This document shows positions 52,907-64,000 of a stretch of DNA of 64,000 nt, piece after piece. The notes under the pieces are model-generated. The model was not told the origin of the DNA. It saw nothing but the letters and a program-made list of their open reading frames with translations, and did not search any database. The number at the start of each line of letters is the position of its first letter. Position 1 is the first letter of the stretch. The stretch lies in contig NC_043005.1 in the NCBI RefSeq assembly GCF_006345805.1, positions 68,510,001 through 68,574,000 on the forward strand, given 5' to 3'. The DNA is from Octopus sinensis (lineage: Eukaryota). The position numbers were made by a program, and so were the translations under genes.

Positions 52907-54258
52907 TTCACTAATTTGTTTTGGAAGAGCTACGATATTAAAAAGACTAAATTTTCGCCCATCAAAATTACTATGGAATGCTCTGTGACCCGGTATTACT
53001 AGTCGAAATTGATTGTCAAAACAGCACTCATCGCTATATAATCCTAAAACAAGACAAATAAATAATGAAATATAATAATTTATAATTGATTATTATTTTG
53101 TGTTATTTGCTTCATAGAATAATTAAATAAAATGAAATAATTTACGACTGGAACTTAATACAAATAATTGTGATGCACTGATAAACCTCAACATAGTTTT
53201 GGCACATGTATAATAGTTTAAGGTGATTGATCCTTGAATAAGTTAGGTGACGGGCAACAGCGCAATTAATCTTATATGACTGATGACATCTGATGAGGTT
53301 ATTCTCTTGCTTACCTGCGCAAGTGCTGCCGATGCAGCTCCTATGGATTGACTGGTGTTCCTCACTCTGATGTTAAATTAACCAACTCAGTTTCTGGAGG
53401 CAAATTGACAAATTTAGATTCGAGATCGAATGAAGACAAGAGCTGGTCAGTTCCAGTAGTTTGATCCATTTGAAGATATATTCAATAGTGATTGTTACCC
53501 ATTTGGGATAGATGAGACAGTTTTTGATTCAGCAACACTAATGTACCCGAAATTGGTAAACATTCTTCCATAAATGAGCTTTAAAAAGTGATTAGCTTCT
53601 AAACTTGTTCTTGCGGGACCTTACAGAAAACTTTGAGCATATCCTGTTCGTCTATTAGGGCAATTTCATTTCAGTAACACTAAGTGTCCAATAAATTTGC
53701 ATGAAGCTGGCCCAATGTTAGAGACCGCAAAATGTTTACAATAAGTTTATTTTTTATTTTTTTGATATCAAATAACTGTTGGTCTCTGTGCAGATGAAAA
53801 TAATGTCTATGCGCTGTTAATTTTTCTTAGATATAGAAATAATAAGCACCATCTTCATTTTCCCCATTTTCTCCAAAAAAGTCTCCCTAAAGAATATTTC
53901 GTAATACAGGGATTAACAAATCACTTGAAATGAAATCGAACACCTGAAAGTGGAAAATAAAATGCATAATATTTAGTATAACTTAAGATACAGACGTGCA
54001 TCTATTTCTTATCAACTATATCATACAAAGTAATTACACAAAGTCATGTCTCTTGAGGTGCTACGAATATCATAAAAATACTTAACGCTAATTCTATTGT
54101 TTACAAATATAAAATGCGTACAGCGTATTTATAGACGTATAAAAACGTATATTGTATTTAAACATGTATTCCCTTTCATAATATTTATAAAGTTGTCATA
54201 GCTAATAGTTTAAAATATATTAATATATAATAAATATATAATATTATATTATAAATAT

Positions 54259-54548
54259 GTGGAGGCACAATGGTTTGGGCAGCGGACTCGCGGTTGTAGG
54301 ATCGCGGTTTCGATTCTCATTGTGAGTGTTTATTGAGCGAAAACACCTAAAGCTCCACGAGACTCCGGCAGAGGGTGGTGGCGATCCCTGCATTATTTTT
54401 TCGCCACAACTTTCTCTCTTTCTTCTGTTAGCCTTCTCGCTTACCCAGCGGGGTGGCGTCATTTGAAGGCTTAAACAATGCGAAGCGCATTGTGACCAGT
54501 GATGTGTAGCAACATCTGATAGCTTGGTCGGTCACGGTGATCACGGTG
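54259..54548 (+). mobile_element. SINE family C head and body with an alternative 3' tail
   Basis: The first ~165 bp match 11743-12131 (GTGGAGGC..GCAGCGGACTC..TTGTGAGTGTTTATTGAGCGAA..CACAACTTTCTCTC). The unrelated tail ends (TCACGGTGA)2. TSD ATTATAAATAT at 54248-54258 and 54549-54559. Confidence 0.9.
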
Positions 54549-55578
54549 ATTATAAATATATAATATTATATAATAAATATATAATATTCGTTCTTACGTA
54601 TATATCGCATTGTGATAAACATTCTTAATATGTTAAAGATTAGAGAAAACTCAAAATTCTACAAAGGATAATAAATTGCATAAGAAACAGGCAATAGAAA
54701 TATTATGTCTCTAGTCTATTCCGGTAATGCAGATAAACAATTTTGCGCTTAATTTGAAAAAGAAAAATGCTGAACGTCTGGCAATGTAACTATTTACAGT
54801 TAATCTATAGACTAGAAAATCTTGTTTGAATACTTGTTGTAAGAATACACGGGTTGAAAATCAAAATTGTTCTTGGCGGGATCTGAATGCGATATTAGTA
54901 AAAGCTAGAACAGTACTTACGCATTCATGTTTGATCTCTTCCAGATTTCAACAACTTATATTATCTATCCGATAATAGAAATGTTAGACAATGTGACAAT
55001 GATTACTTACTAGCTGACAATTTAATAGCCGCATTTGCTAGAAAAAGAGTAAAGTTGAATTGTTAATTACATCAAGGGTTTTAATACGTGAATTTTCAGT
55101 TTTCTATGTGAAATATTCAAACACAGTCGACATTCTGTGTACAAACCGAAGCCGCCATTACATCGTTTCATAAAATTCTTTAATATTCCGATAACTATTT
55201 CAATAGAAGGAAGATTTGAAAGAAAAGTGATATCACTCGTATTTCATAATAAGGATGGGTATTTTTTCAAAGGCGCATTGCCTTTTCAGATGCTATTTTC
55301 CTTCTCTATTACCCGCACGCCATTCAAATCTGTGAATTCGTATTGAAGATTGCTTTCTTCTTATTTCCGTGTCCGAAGTTATTAATATCCTGTTGTTTCT
55401 TGCAGAATTACTCGGAGCGGAAGTTATCCATCAAAACCTTATGCACTCTTCTTATACGTGTATGTGCTTGTGTGTTTTTAAAAGGTTGTATGTATGTGTG
55501 AATACGTGTGCGTGTCTTTCACGTTGTATCTAATTGTCAATGTATTGATGCATACATACATGTACGCATCTATATATA

Positions 55579-55648
<70 letters not shown>

Positions 55649-55654
55649 ATATAT

Positions 55655-55687
55655 ACACAGGCGCATGCACATAGGCACACACATATG

Positions 55688-55732
<45 letters not shown>

Positions 55733-55754
55733 GCGCATGCACATAGGCACACAC

Positions 55755-55794
<40 letters not shown>

Positions 55795-55830
55795 TATACA
55801 CAGGCGCATGCACATAGGCACACACATATG

Positions 55831-55869
<39 letters not shown>

Positions 55870-55897
55870 GCGCATGCACATAGGCACACACATATGT
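55655..55897. repeat. Minisatellite: 4 x ACACAGGCGCATGCACATAGGCACACACATATG separated by (TA)n
   Basis: Identical units at 55655, 55727, 55798 and 55864. Confidence 0.93.
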
Positions 55898-55928
55898 ATA
55901 TATATATATATAATATATATATATATTA

Positions 55929-55973
<45 letters not shown>

Positions 55974-58900
55974 ATATATAGACGTGGGTTCATACACAGT
56001 TATGTAGATATATGTGCAGATATATGAAAGTATACACGCATCTGCTACACACGCTTATATATTAAAATATTAATATCTCTACGAACAGATACATACACGT
56101 ATTTTTATTTGTTTCTCTAAGTCTATTTGATTTCAGTTCTCTTACATACACAAACGAATGAAGGAGGTACAAATGCGTGTTCACACGCTCACAAACACAA
56201 ACACACACACACACACACACATACACACGCACACACACACACACACACGTACACACTCCCTCTCTCTTTTACACATACACACACATAGCTCTTCTTGTCT
56301 TTATACTAATGTATTGTCAGTGATGTCCACGCTAGCGCACCGCCTGATATAAGTTACCTTCTTTTGTTTCTGATATTTCAGTGCATACGTGTGTATGTTT
56401 TTAATTGATGTACCATGGAGTTGCCAGAGGCTGATTATAACCTGTTGGATGTGGTTCATCTGGGATAAAGGAAGAAAATATTTACAGATAAAATTTAATA
56501 TCTTCAGCTAGAGTCGCTGTCACGTTTCTGATTTATTTAGGTAAATAATTAAGTAACGGCAGGCCACCTTAAGGCAAGACTGTTTGTAATATATTCTGTT
56601 TACTTAGTTGTCAGCTTATGCAGCCTTTGGTAATTCACGGAATTGTTTTGTTCTCTGATTTATCCGATGGTCTATATGGAAATTTAATATATTATTCACC
56701 AGAATATTGTAATATACACAAATGTGGATGATAGCATGTTTCTCCCTCTTGTATATGCAAGATTTCCTTTAGATTTTGTAGATAATCTCTTCTGATTATC
56801 TTATTTCAGTGACTGTTTTGCAAGCAACAAAAACAATTTTAAAAAATAAAATGTCAATATTAATATTGTTACAAAAATCGTACTTGGAATTAATCCAGCA
56901 CAAACAATTACCAAAGCATTGCCTTATATTATTTAACAGTTTCCATTTCAAAATAATCCATATTTTCTTTTCTTTCGTTCTTTTTTTTTTAACATAGCGT
57001 GACAACAGCGTACTGGTCGCTCCGAGCAGAAATCTGCTATTTCCGATCATCACTATATTCAATTGTTTAAATTAAGGGATCCTTTTGAAACGGTCGGGCA
57101 ATTGAGATCTTTGTTCGACAGACTGTTGCAAATCCCACTATAAGACACGAAGTGCTACTAAAAGTCGATGACAGTAGCTGAAATACGCGAAGTGGTGAAA
57201 AGTTGACCGATGTGCAAATCGCCAAGTATGTATGGACTGTGTTGCTAGCTGAAAGATTAAATGATAAACTTTTTCAGCGACCTCTTGGTGAACGCTTAAT
57301 GCAACTGGAAAACAAATGGAAAAAATCCTATTTTTGTGGACTCGAGATTGGAAGCAGAGTTGAGAAACCTTGCGAGCAATGAGAATGTAACTGGTAATTT
57401 CAGGCCCACGACTCTGTTTAAAATTTAGACCAAGGGGGTTTACAATGATGATGGCGCTTGTCACTGGTGATTTGGGGGTGATTTAGGTGAGGAAATACAA
57501 AACACCTCAACTTCTAGCAGATTAAAGACAATAGCCTCTTCATGCAATACACCTTAACAAAATGTTACTATCAAACTTAGCTTAGATGATGCATGATCAA
57601 ATTGTATCAATCAGAAGTTTTCGATAGACTCGCTCATCGCTAATCTTGGTAGCAGTAATCAAATAAATTACTTCAGCTTTGGTTCGTTTTCAGAGACTGG
57701 ATCTGCTCAGTAGTCAGAAGGAAGAGATACATCTCAGTTGTGCTTTGAATTGCTTGATCGGTCTATCAAGTGTGCTCTCTCTTTCTCTCAACCCGTAGCC
57801 TTTCTCTCCCACTCCTGTAGAAGCGATAGCTGTTGAATGACATCGATTTCGGACCAGGGTTTTGGAAAGCAGAATAGGCAGAAGATGCTGTAGCATTAGT
57901 GTTAGACACAACGAAATTGGAGGTAGGCATCATTCTAGAGGAATGTGTGGCCGTAGCAAGACTAAAAATATAATGTACATGTATGCTAGCTTGCAGACGA
58001 TATATAATTGCACTTATGCGTATGTGATGGTCAGAATGAAAAAAATTAGTTCAATAAAAATGTATTTTTCAATATCAGCACACCACCACCGCTATCTGTC
58101 TCTCTCTCTCTCTTCCATGCCCATCTCTCTCTATCTACATTTCCCCTCAGCTAATTTTTTAATCACGTAATAAGTATTCCTTTCTCACCATACCGTACGT
58201 TGTTAACACTCCCTACACTCTCTCTTTTTGTCTCGAATTTTACTCTCGTTCTTCGCCTCTACTTTCAGTTGACCACGTGACCATTTGGCCTAAGGGCATT
58301 AATATTAATCACCTTTATCTACTTCATCCTCTCTTCTTTCTGTGCTCCTCTCTGTCTCTCTCACTCTTACTCCACCGCTCACTCACTTCACCTCAACCTC
58401 TCTAACTATCTAATGTATAACGGGTGAACGAACAAGCAGATTATTATATAGATAATATCACAGAAACAAGTGTTCCTCAACTCGAAGCTACCACCCACGA
58501 GAGAAGGTGCAAGCTAGGAGGATGTAACATTGAAGGTTCGTTATTTACTTCTGAACTGTGAAATCCACAGTGAATTTGCATTTCCTTTCCAATGAGTAAT
58601 TGAAGGCAGTTCTTGTCGACACTTGGAAAAAAATCTCCGACAAACTGATGGGGTTGAAATATGATGATATACATTGTTTACATAACTAAGCAGAATTTCA
58701 ATTAGTATGTAAAACCCCTTTTTATAAATGGTACTAGAGTACAGAAGAATAGAATGGCTACTATAAAAGACATTGATGAGAACGTCAACGTATAGAGTTT
58801 GGGTACGTTCGTAGCGTAGTCTGGAAAGGTGTTCAATATCGACGTAGCTGTCAGCAACATGTAGTCAAATGTGGGGCTGGTATCATCATAGACGTGCAAA

Positions 58901-59157
58901 TCGTCATAACTTCACAAAACCACAGAATACGCAAGAGTTAGGCTTTGTAGGAGTTGCTAAATGAAATGCTTTAAATTTCTTGTCACGTTAAAAAAAAAAG
59001 ATCTGTTAAACACGTGACAGTAAAAGTAACTTAATGACTTTCTACTTTGAAAAGAGGAAAATGAAATATAAAACGGTAACAACATTAATAAACTTTGAAA
59101 CTCTAGATCCTGAGGCGGCGCTAACAATTTTAGCAAGATTACACGGACTCCATTAAT

Positions 59158-59272
59158 TCATCGGTCTCTAAATGAGATAAAGCAAAGCTGATCTCGGGTG
59201 ATATATGAACACAGAACGTAAAAAGCCGGAAGAAATGCCGCTGGGATTTTTGTCCGATGAGCTAACGATTCC
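59158..59272 (-). mobile_element. SINE family A fragment
   Basis: AAAGCAAAGCTGATCTCGG...CAGAACGTAAAAG...AAATGCCGCT...GCTAACGATTC. Confidence 0.6.
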
Positions 59273-61539
59273 ATAATGAAATATGAAACTCCTGCACCAC
59301 TGGGTTCACTCACGTGTTTCTGATATGAGTGTAGTATTGTCATTTTGTAATGCAGAATGAATTATATCTATAAACTCCATTAGTGACTGATCTTATATTA
59401 GTACGTCTTCTGTTTTGAGGTGTGTAACAATCTCCACGTAATAAATGAACGCAAAATAAACGCTTACATAATCGATGGTGTTTGCATTTTCTACATACAT
59501 CGTGATTGGTATTATGTGCTTATGTATCGGGTATGTGATTGTGTAGAGTATGTTCTGTGTGCTTTATGTTATTTTAATGGGTGACAACAGTATAGAAAAT
59601 AAAGTGTATGCTTTGTTGGTGTTAAAGAATCGGGTACTTGTTATGTATACGTATGCGTTGTGTCTCTCTATTTTCGTAATTGCTTGCGTAACTTTTCTTG
59701 GAGTAATTTCTCTCTCGTTTTGTATATTAAAGGGAATTTCCTTTCTTAATTGTTTTAGAACGTTACTATCTACTTATGCTTGGCGCCAGTAAAGTTTCTC
59801 ACACAATTCTCTCTGACTAAAAGCAATTTCAATTGCTTTGGATTATTGTAGGTTGCAATATTTTATCTCCGCTAGCTTTGCATTTACCTATTGATTCTTT
59901 GTATATATCTTCAAATACTTCATATATTTTTCTTGAGTTATTTGCTTTATGATTCATTTCTAGTTCTTCATGTCTGTCATTTATTCCTGCTTATTATGCT
60001 GTCCGTCCTAATTTCGTTTTTTTCACATTCTTATGGTCAATCTATATTCTATTTCTGCTGTTTCATTTTCGTATAATTTATTTCAGAATTCTTTTATCAC
60101 AAATGATTAAAGAATCTTTATTTATCCATAGTTTTTTTTACGTTTGTTTCTTTTATCAAGAATTATGTAGGCAGTTACTATTAATTCTTCAAAGGCATCG
60201 GTTTATTCTTGAACATTTGCATCTATTAGTAATAAAGCTGCGATTTTTCCTCCCATCTGTACTTTTAAATTTTGCTCTCTTGTTCACGTCTTAAAATGTT
60301 GGGTGATATTTTTTGCTTATGATGCTATATGATTGGTATGATGTGTTTTAATGTCAGGCGTTTATTGGGTAGAGTATGTGTTATATTGTTAGGTGGCAAT
60401 TTTGTAGGATGTGAGTTGTGTGGGTTGCTGTTCTTATATAGCTGGTTATCGATTATGTAAGCGTTTGTTTTGCGTTCATTTATTACGTGGATATTGTACA
60501 ATGCTTTTGTAGTGTGCAAATGTTTATCCTTTATGTGGTGTTAGTGAACTGAGAGCGATGTGTGTGTGAACATCACAAATTAGGGCAATCTTCTGAAAGA
60601 AATATCTGTCTGGAGAGACATTTTTATTCTATCTATAATAATTATATCTTGACCGTTTCCTTTCATCTTTTTTCTGTTTAATAAAAAAAAAGAGCATGTC
60701 CCAGATGACTGTGGTTAGGTAGTTTTTAAGTACCATATTTGGTAGATAAACACGACTTTTCTTATCCATTTCCATGTCAAAGTGTCAGCATATTGCTCAG
60801 TGGGGAAAAAAGTTTCTATTCCATCATTTGTATGAATATACGCAGACTTGGACTGGACTTGGATGGCGAAAATAATGTGATTATTTATTTCATTCAACTA
60901 TATCTTTTGTCTACAGTTGATGGTGGAATGTTTTGTTGTATTTTATCTTAATAAATATGTCTTCTGCTACTACTTTTACCCAGCGGTGATCGGCCATTGT
61001 TGACTTTCACTCTGACTTATATCTTTCCTTCTGTTATGGAGTGATTTTTAAAAGGATATTTTCAAATGACATTTTAATGTTGTCATTTGGTTTTATAAAA
61101 TTTTCTGTTTCTCTTAATCTAAACCTTTTCCTTTGTAGCAGTTAGTTTCTATTTTGTTCATTATTTCCCTCGTCAAAAGTTATCTTGTATTCTTTTTTAA
61201 GCTGATCAATTTCACGTTGCTCGAAAGTATTGTTTCTAGTTCTACCGCTATTATTTTACAGTAATTGTCTTCTTTCTAGTAGACGTCGTGTTCTTTATGT
61301 ACAGGTTTGATATATTTTGTCTACATCGGCTTCAGGTTGATACGTATGTAATCTTGGAGAAAATGAAAGGTTTTTAACTTTTTTTCTTATTCAAATCTCT
61401 CTCTCTCTCTCTCGTATCGTTTGATTGTCGTCCAGCCATATAAATCTCACACCAATTCTGCTTCTAATTTAATATTCTAGTTTTACTAAATCACTGCTTT
61501 CTTTGGAAGCTGGTTGTTGTAGTTGATGTTGTTACTGTT

Positions 61540-61730
61540 GAGCTGGTAGAGTCATTAATGCCAAACAAAATGCTTCTGGAATTGTGTCTGTCTTTACGAT
61601 CTGAGTCCCAGTTATACCGAGGTCCACCTTGCTTTTCATCCTTTCTTGCTCTATACAATTAGTACGAGTTAGGCAATGGGGTCGGGAAATAGACAAGATC
61701 CTTCCCTCCAAAATTTCTGGCGTTGTGCAT
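61540..61730 (+). mobile_element. SINE family A, decayed
   Basis: GAGCTGGTAGAGTC...CCGAGGTCCACCTTGCTTTTCATCCTTTC...AAATTTCTGGCGTTGTGC. Confidence 0.65.
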
Positions 61731-61974
61731 ATAATATTGATAATAGTAATAATTAATACTTTGGTTTGTCTCAGTTTCGGTTTTATTCCTGGCAGGAATT
61801 ATGTTGATTGCTTTAACCTTAGGTACCCACAAGTTTTCGGCAGTCTTTCAAGCTTTTAGTTATTTTTCGACCTGTTCTGCTCCAACATTTACCCAACGGT
61901 GATCAGCAGTCTTTCAACCCATGTTCTCCTCCTCCTCCTCCTCCTTCACCGCCGCCGCCAGCGCCACCACCATA

Positions 61975-62518
61975 GAGGAGATGGTCTATTGTTTCATCAA
62001 ATGTATCGCAGAATCTGCATTTAGGTTCAGAACCGTTCTGAAGAACATTAGACCGGTAGGTTTTAATAAGCAAGGTTTGATCTCGAGTTGCTAATAAGAA
62101 ACTTTCAGCCTCTGCTTTCAGTCCTGAGCTGAGTATATACTGTCCATGCAAAGGCTTATGGCTCAAGCGTTCTTCACTTTGTTTCTGTCCGTTCACTTTT
62201 GCAATCTGTTTGATCCGTTTTGCTGTTTCGTGGCAGAGGTTTCGGGTTCTTCATCTAATCCAGGGTTAATGCCAAGTGCCGTTGCAAATTTGCAACCTTG
62301 CTTGACAATAGAATGTGATTTATTTGCTGCTTTCGTGTTTGCACACAAACCGCGGCATCCAGGCCTCTGTACTAGACAAGAACTTGTTCATTGCTACTGT
62401 GGAAGTCTTATAGCACAGTTCTACCTTCATCATTCCTCTTCTCCGTTGCTTCTAGGTTGGTACCGACGTCTGATTTTGGGTGGTGCATGTTCTTAGATGT
62501 CATTAGTTTTCTTGTTAT
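61975..62518 (-). mobile_element. R4/Dong-clade LINE fragment (post-RT to zinc knuckle)
   Basis: Minus strand gives ITRKLMTSKNMHHPKSDV...HKPLHGQY..SSGLKAEAESFLLATRDQTL..NGSEPKCRFCDTFDETIDHL. Same family as 7048-8050. Confidence 0.88.
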
Positions 62519-62558
62519 CATTATTATTATTATTGTTATTATTATTATTATTATTATT

Positions 62559-62993
62559 GAGTGAGAGAGCAGTTCATGCCATCAAAGTGACACCGGGGTA
62601 GAATATACCCTGTATACACATCATGACTACCCGTCTGATATGCTCGACATGGTGATCTCATATCAAGATAAACACCACATGACCTTGCAAGTGGGGCCCA
62701 GTTAGAATTTTCTTCTGGTCAAGTAGCCCATCTCGCTCAAAAGGTCCCTGAATAAGGGTTGTTTAATGATGTTGAACGAACCACCCATGTTTCCAAAGGT
62801 GAATTATCCAAACCCCAAAGAATCACTCTCAAAACATGCTCCCCCACTACTTCTACTCATGATCAGAGATGCTCATATCGTCAGCCACTAAGGGACATGG
62901 TCAACTGGTTAAGGTTAGACATCTGACAAGCAAATATGTAGTATTGAGCAGAAAATTTGCTGTAGCCCATCTTTTATACCAAGACAAAACCAT
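62559..62993 (-). mobile_element. ~560-bp element, copy 5 (5'-truncated, internal deletions)
   Basis: Reverse complement of copy 3 from TTTTGTCTTGGTATAAAAG to CTCTCTCACTC, followed by (AAT)n and then the co-oriented Dong LINE. Confidence 0.9.
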
Positions 62994-63107
62994 TCTTCTT
63001 CTTCTTCTTCTTCTCCTTCTTCTTCTTCTTCTTCTTCTTCTTCTTCTTCTTCTTCTTCTTCTTTTTCTTCTTCTTCTTTTTCTTCTTCGTCTTCTTCTTC
63101 TTCTTCT

Positions 63108-63140
<33 letters not shown>

Positions 63141-63385
63141 ACGTCTTCTTCTTCCTCGTCCTCTTCTTCCACGTCTTCTTCTTCTTCGTCTTCTTCTTCG
63201 TCTTCTTCTTCTTCTTCTTCTTCGTCTTCTTCGTCTTCTTCTTTTTCTTCTTCTTCTTCTTCTTCTTCTTCTTCTTCGTCTTCTTCTTCTTCTTCTTCTT
63301 CTTCTTCGTCTTCTTCTTCTTCTTCTTCTTCTTCTCTTCTTCTTCGCCTTCTTCTTCTTCTTCTTCTTCTTCTTCTTCTCCTCCT
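62993..63385. repeat. ~390-bp (TTC/GAA)n microsatellite with TCG/TTT interruptions
   Basis: Seen directly; explains the poly-R, poly-E and poly-L ORFs at 62869-63542. Confidence 0.97.
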
Positions 63386-64000
63386 CATTATAGTTGATGT
63401 TTTTTTTTGTTGTTGTTGTTATTTTTATTAAGTCGGCGAGCTGGGAGAATCGTTGTCTGAGATCAAATCCTACCCTCGACCATCTTGCCCTGCCTTTCAA
63501 AACTTTAGCAATCGACGACGAAAGGTTTATAATTAGTATCACACTTGATTTTTAACGAAACAAGACGTACTTTCCCTTCTGTTTGTAAGTGTTCTTGGTG
63601 TTTATGCTGTCGGTTACATAAATAGATTGGAGAAACACAGCATTAAAAATTCCTTCATCATTTATGTGCCAAGACTTGTCCCGACTATGGTAGCTAAGTA
63701 GGCGGCAAAGTCGACAGAGGAGTAAGTAAGATTCAGGTAACTTTTGTTATGCGTTCGTTTATTAACGTAATCGTGGACGGACAAAGCAAAGTCACAACAG
63801 CTCTTTTGTCTTCAACACGAAGTGAATTTGAAAGAAATCAGTATATACCCCCCCACACACACACACGCGCATACACACACACACACACTCACACCCACAC
63901 CCACATACCCACTCCCACTCCCACAAATATATAAACATACATATATATATATACACATATATACATATATGAATATTTATGTAAATATGGGTATATGGAT

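Noticed and set aside
55655-55897. CRISPR-like repeat-spacer pattern
   Set aside because: Spacers are (TA)n rather than unique sequence; no cas genes; eukaryotic context.
58702-58912. ~70-codon minus-strand ORF with a hydrophobic C-terminus
   Set aside because: No recognisable domain, weak acceptor, and length within chance expectation.
62869-63542. Longest ORFs in the track (poly-R, poly-E, poly-L; protamine-like appearance)
   Set aside because: They are translations of a (TTC)n microsatellite plus repeat flanks.

Overview
AT-rich, microsatellite-dense eukaryotic DNA, intronic or intergenic. The SINE families and repeat mix strongly suggest an Octopus (coleoid cephalopod) genome; this is inferred from recalled repeat families and was not database-checked. 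No host protein-coding gene can be called with confidence. Nearly all long ORFs in the track are translated microsatellites, and the real coding signals are decayed transposons: R4/Dong-type RLE LINEs, RTE LINE 3' ends, a probable L1/Tx1 endonuclease, mariner (DD34D) and maT-like (DD37D) fragments, an Academ-type XPG/Cys8 fragment and hAT-like MITEs. Three tRNA-type SINE lineages (A, B, C here) are abundant and show swapped 3' tails. The most notable observations are: (1) a ~560-bp ORF-less element with no tRNA head, in 5 copies, sitting at (AAT)n tracts beside co-oriented Dong/R4 LINEs; (2) a Penelope-type minimal hammerhead ribozyme motif at 26006-26074 (-) with two decayed relatives; (3) weak minus-strand splice-site candidates that may belong to a long-intron host gene.
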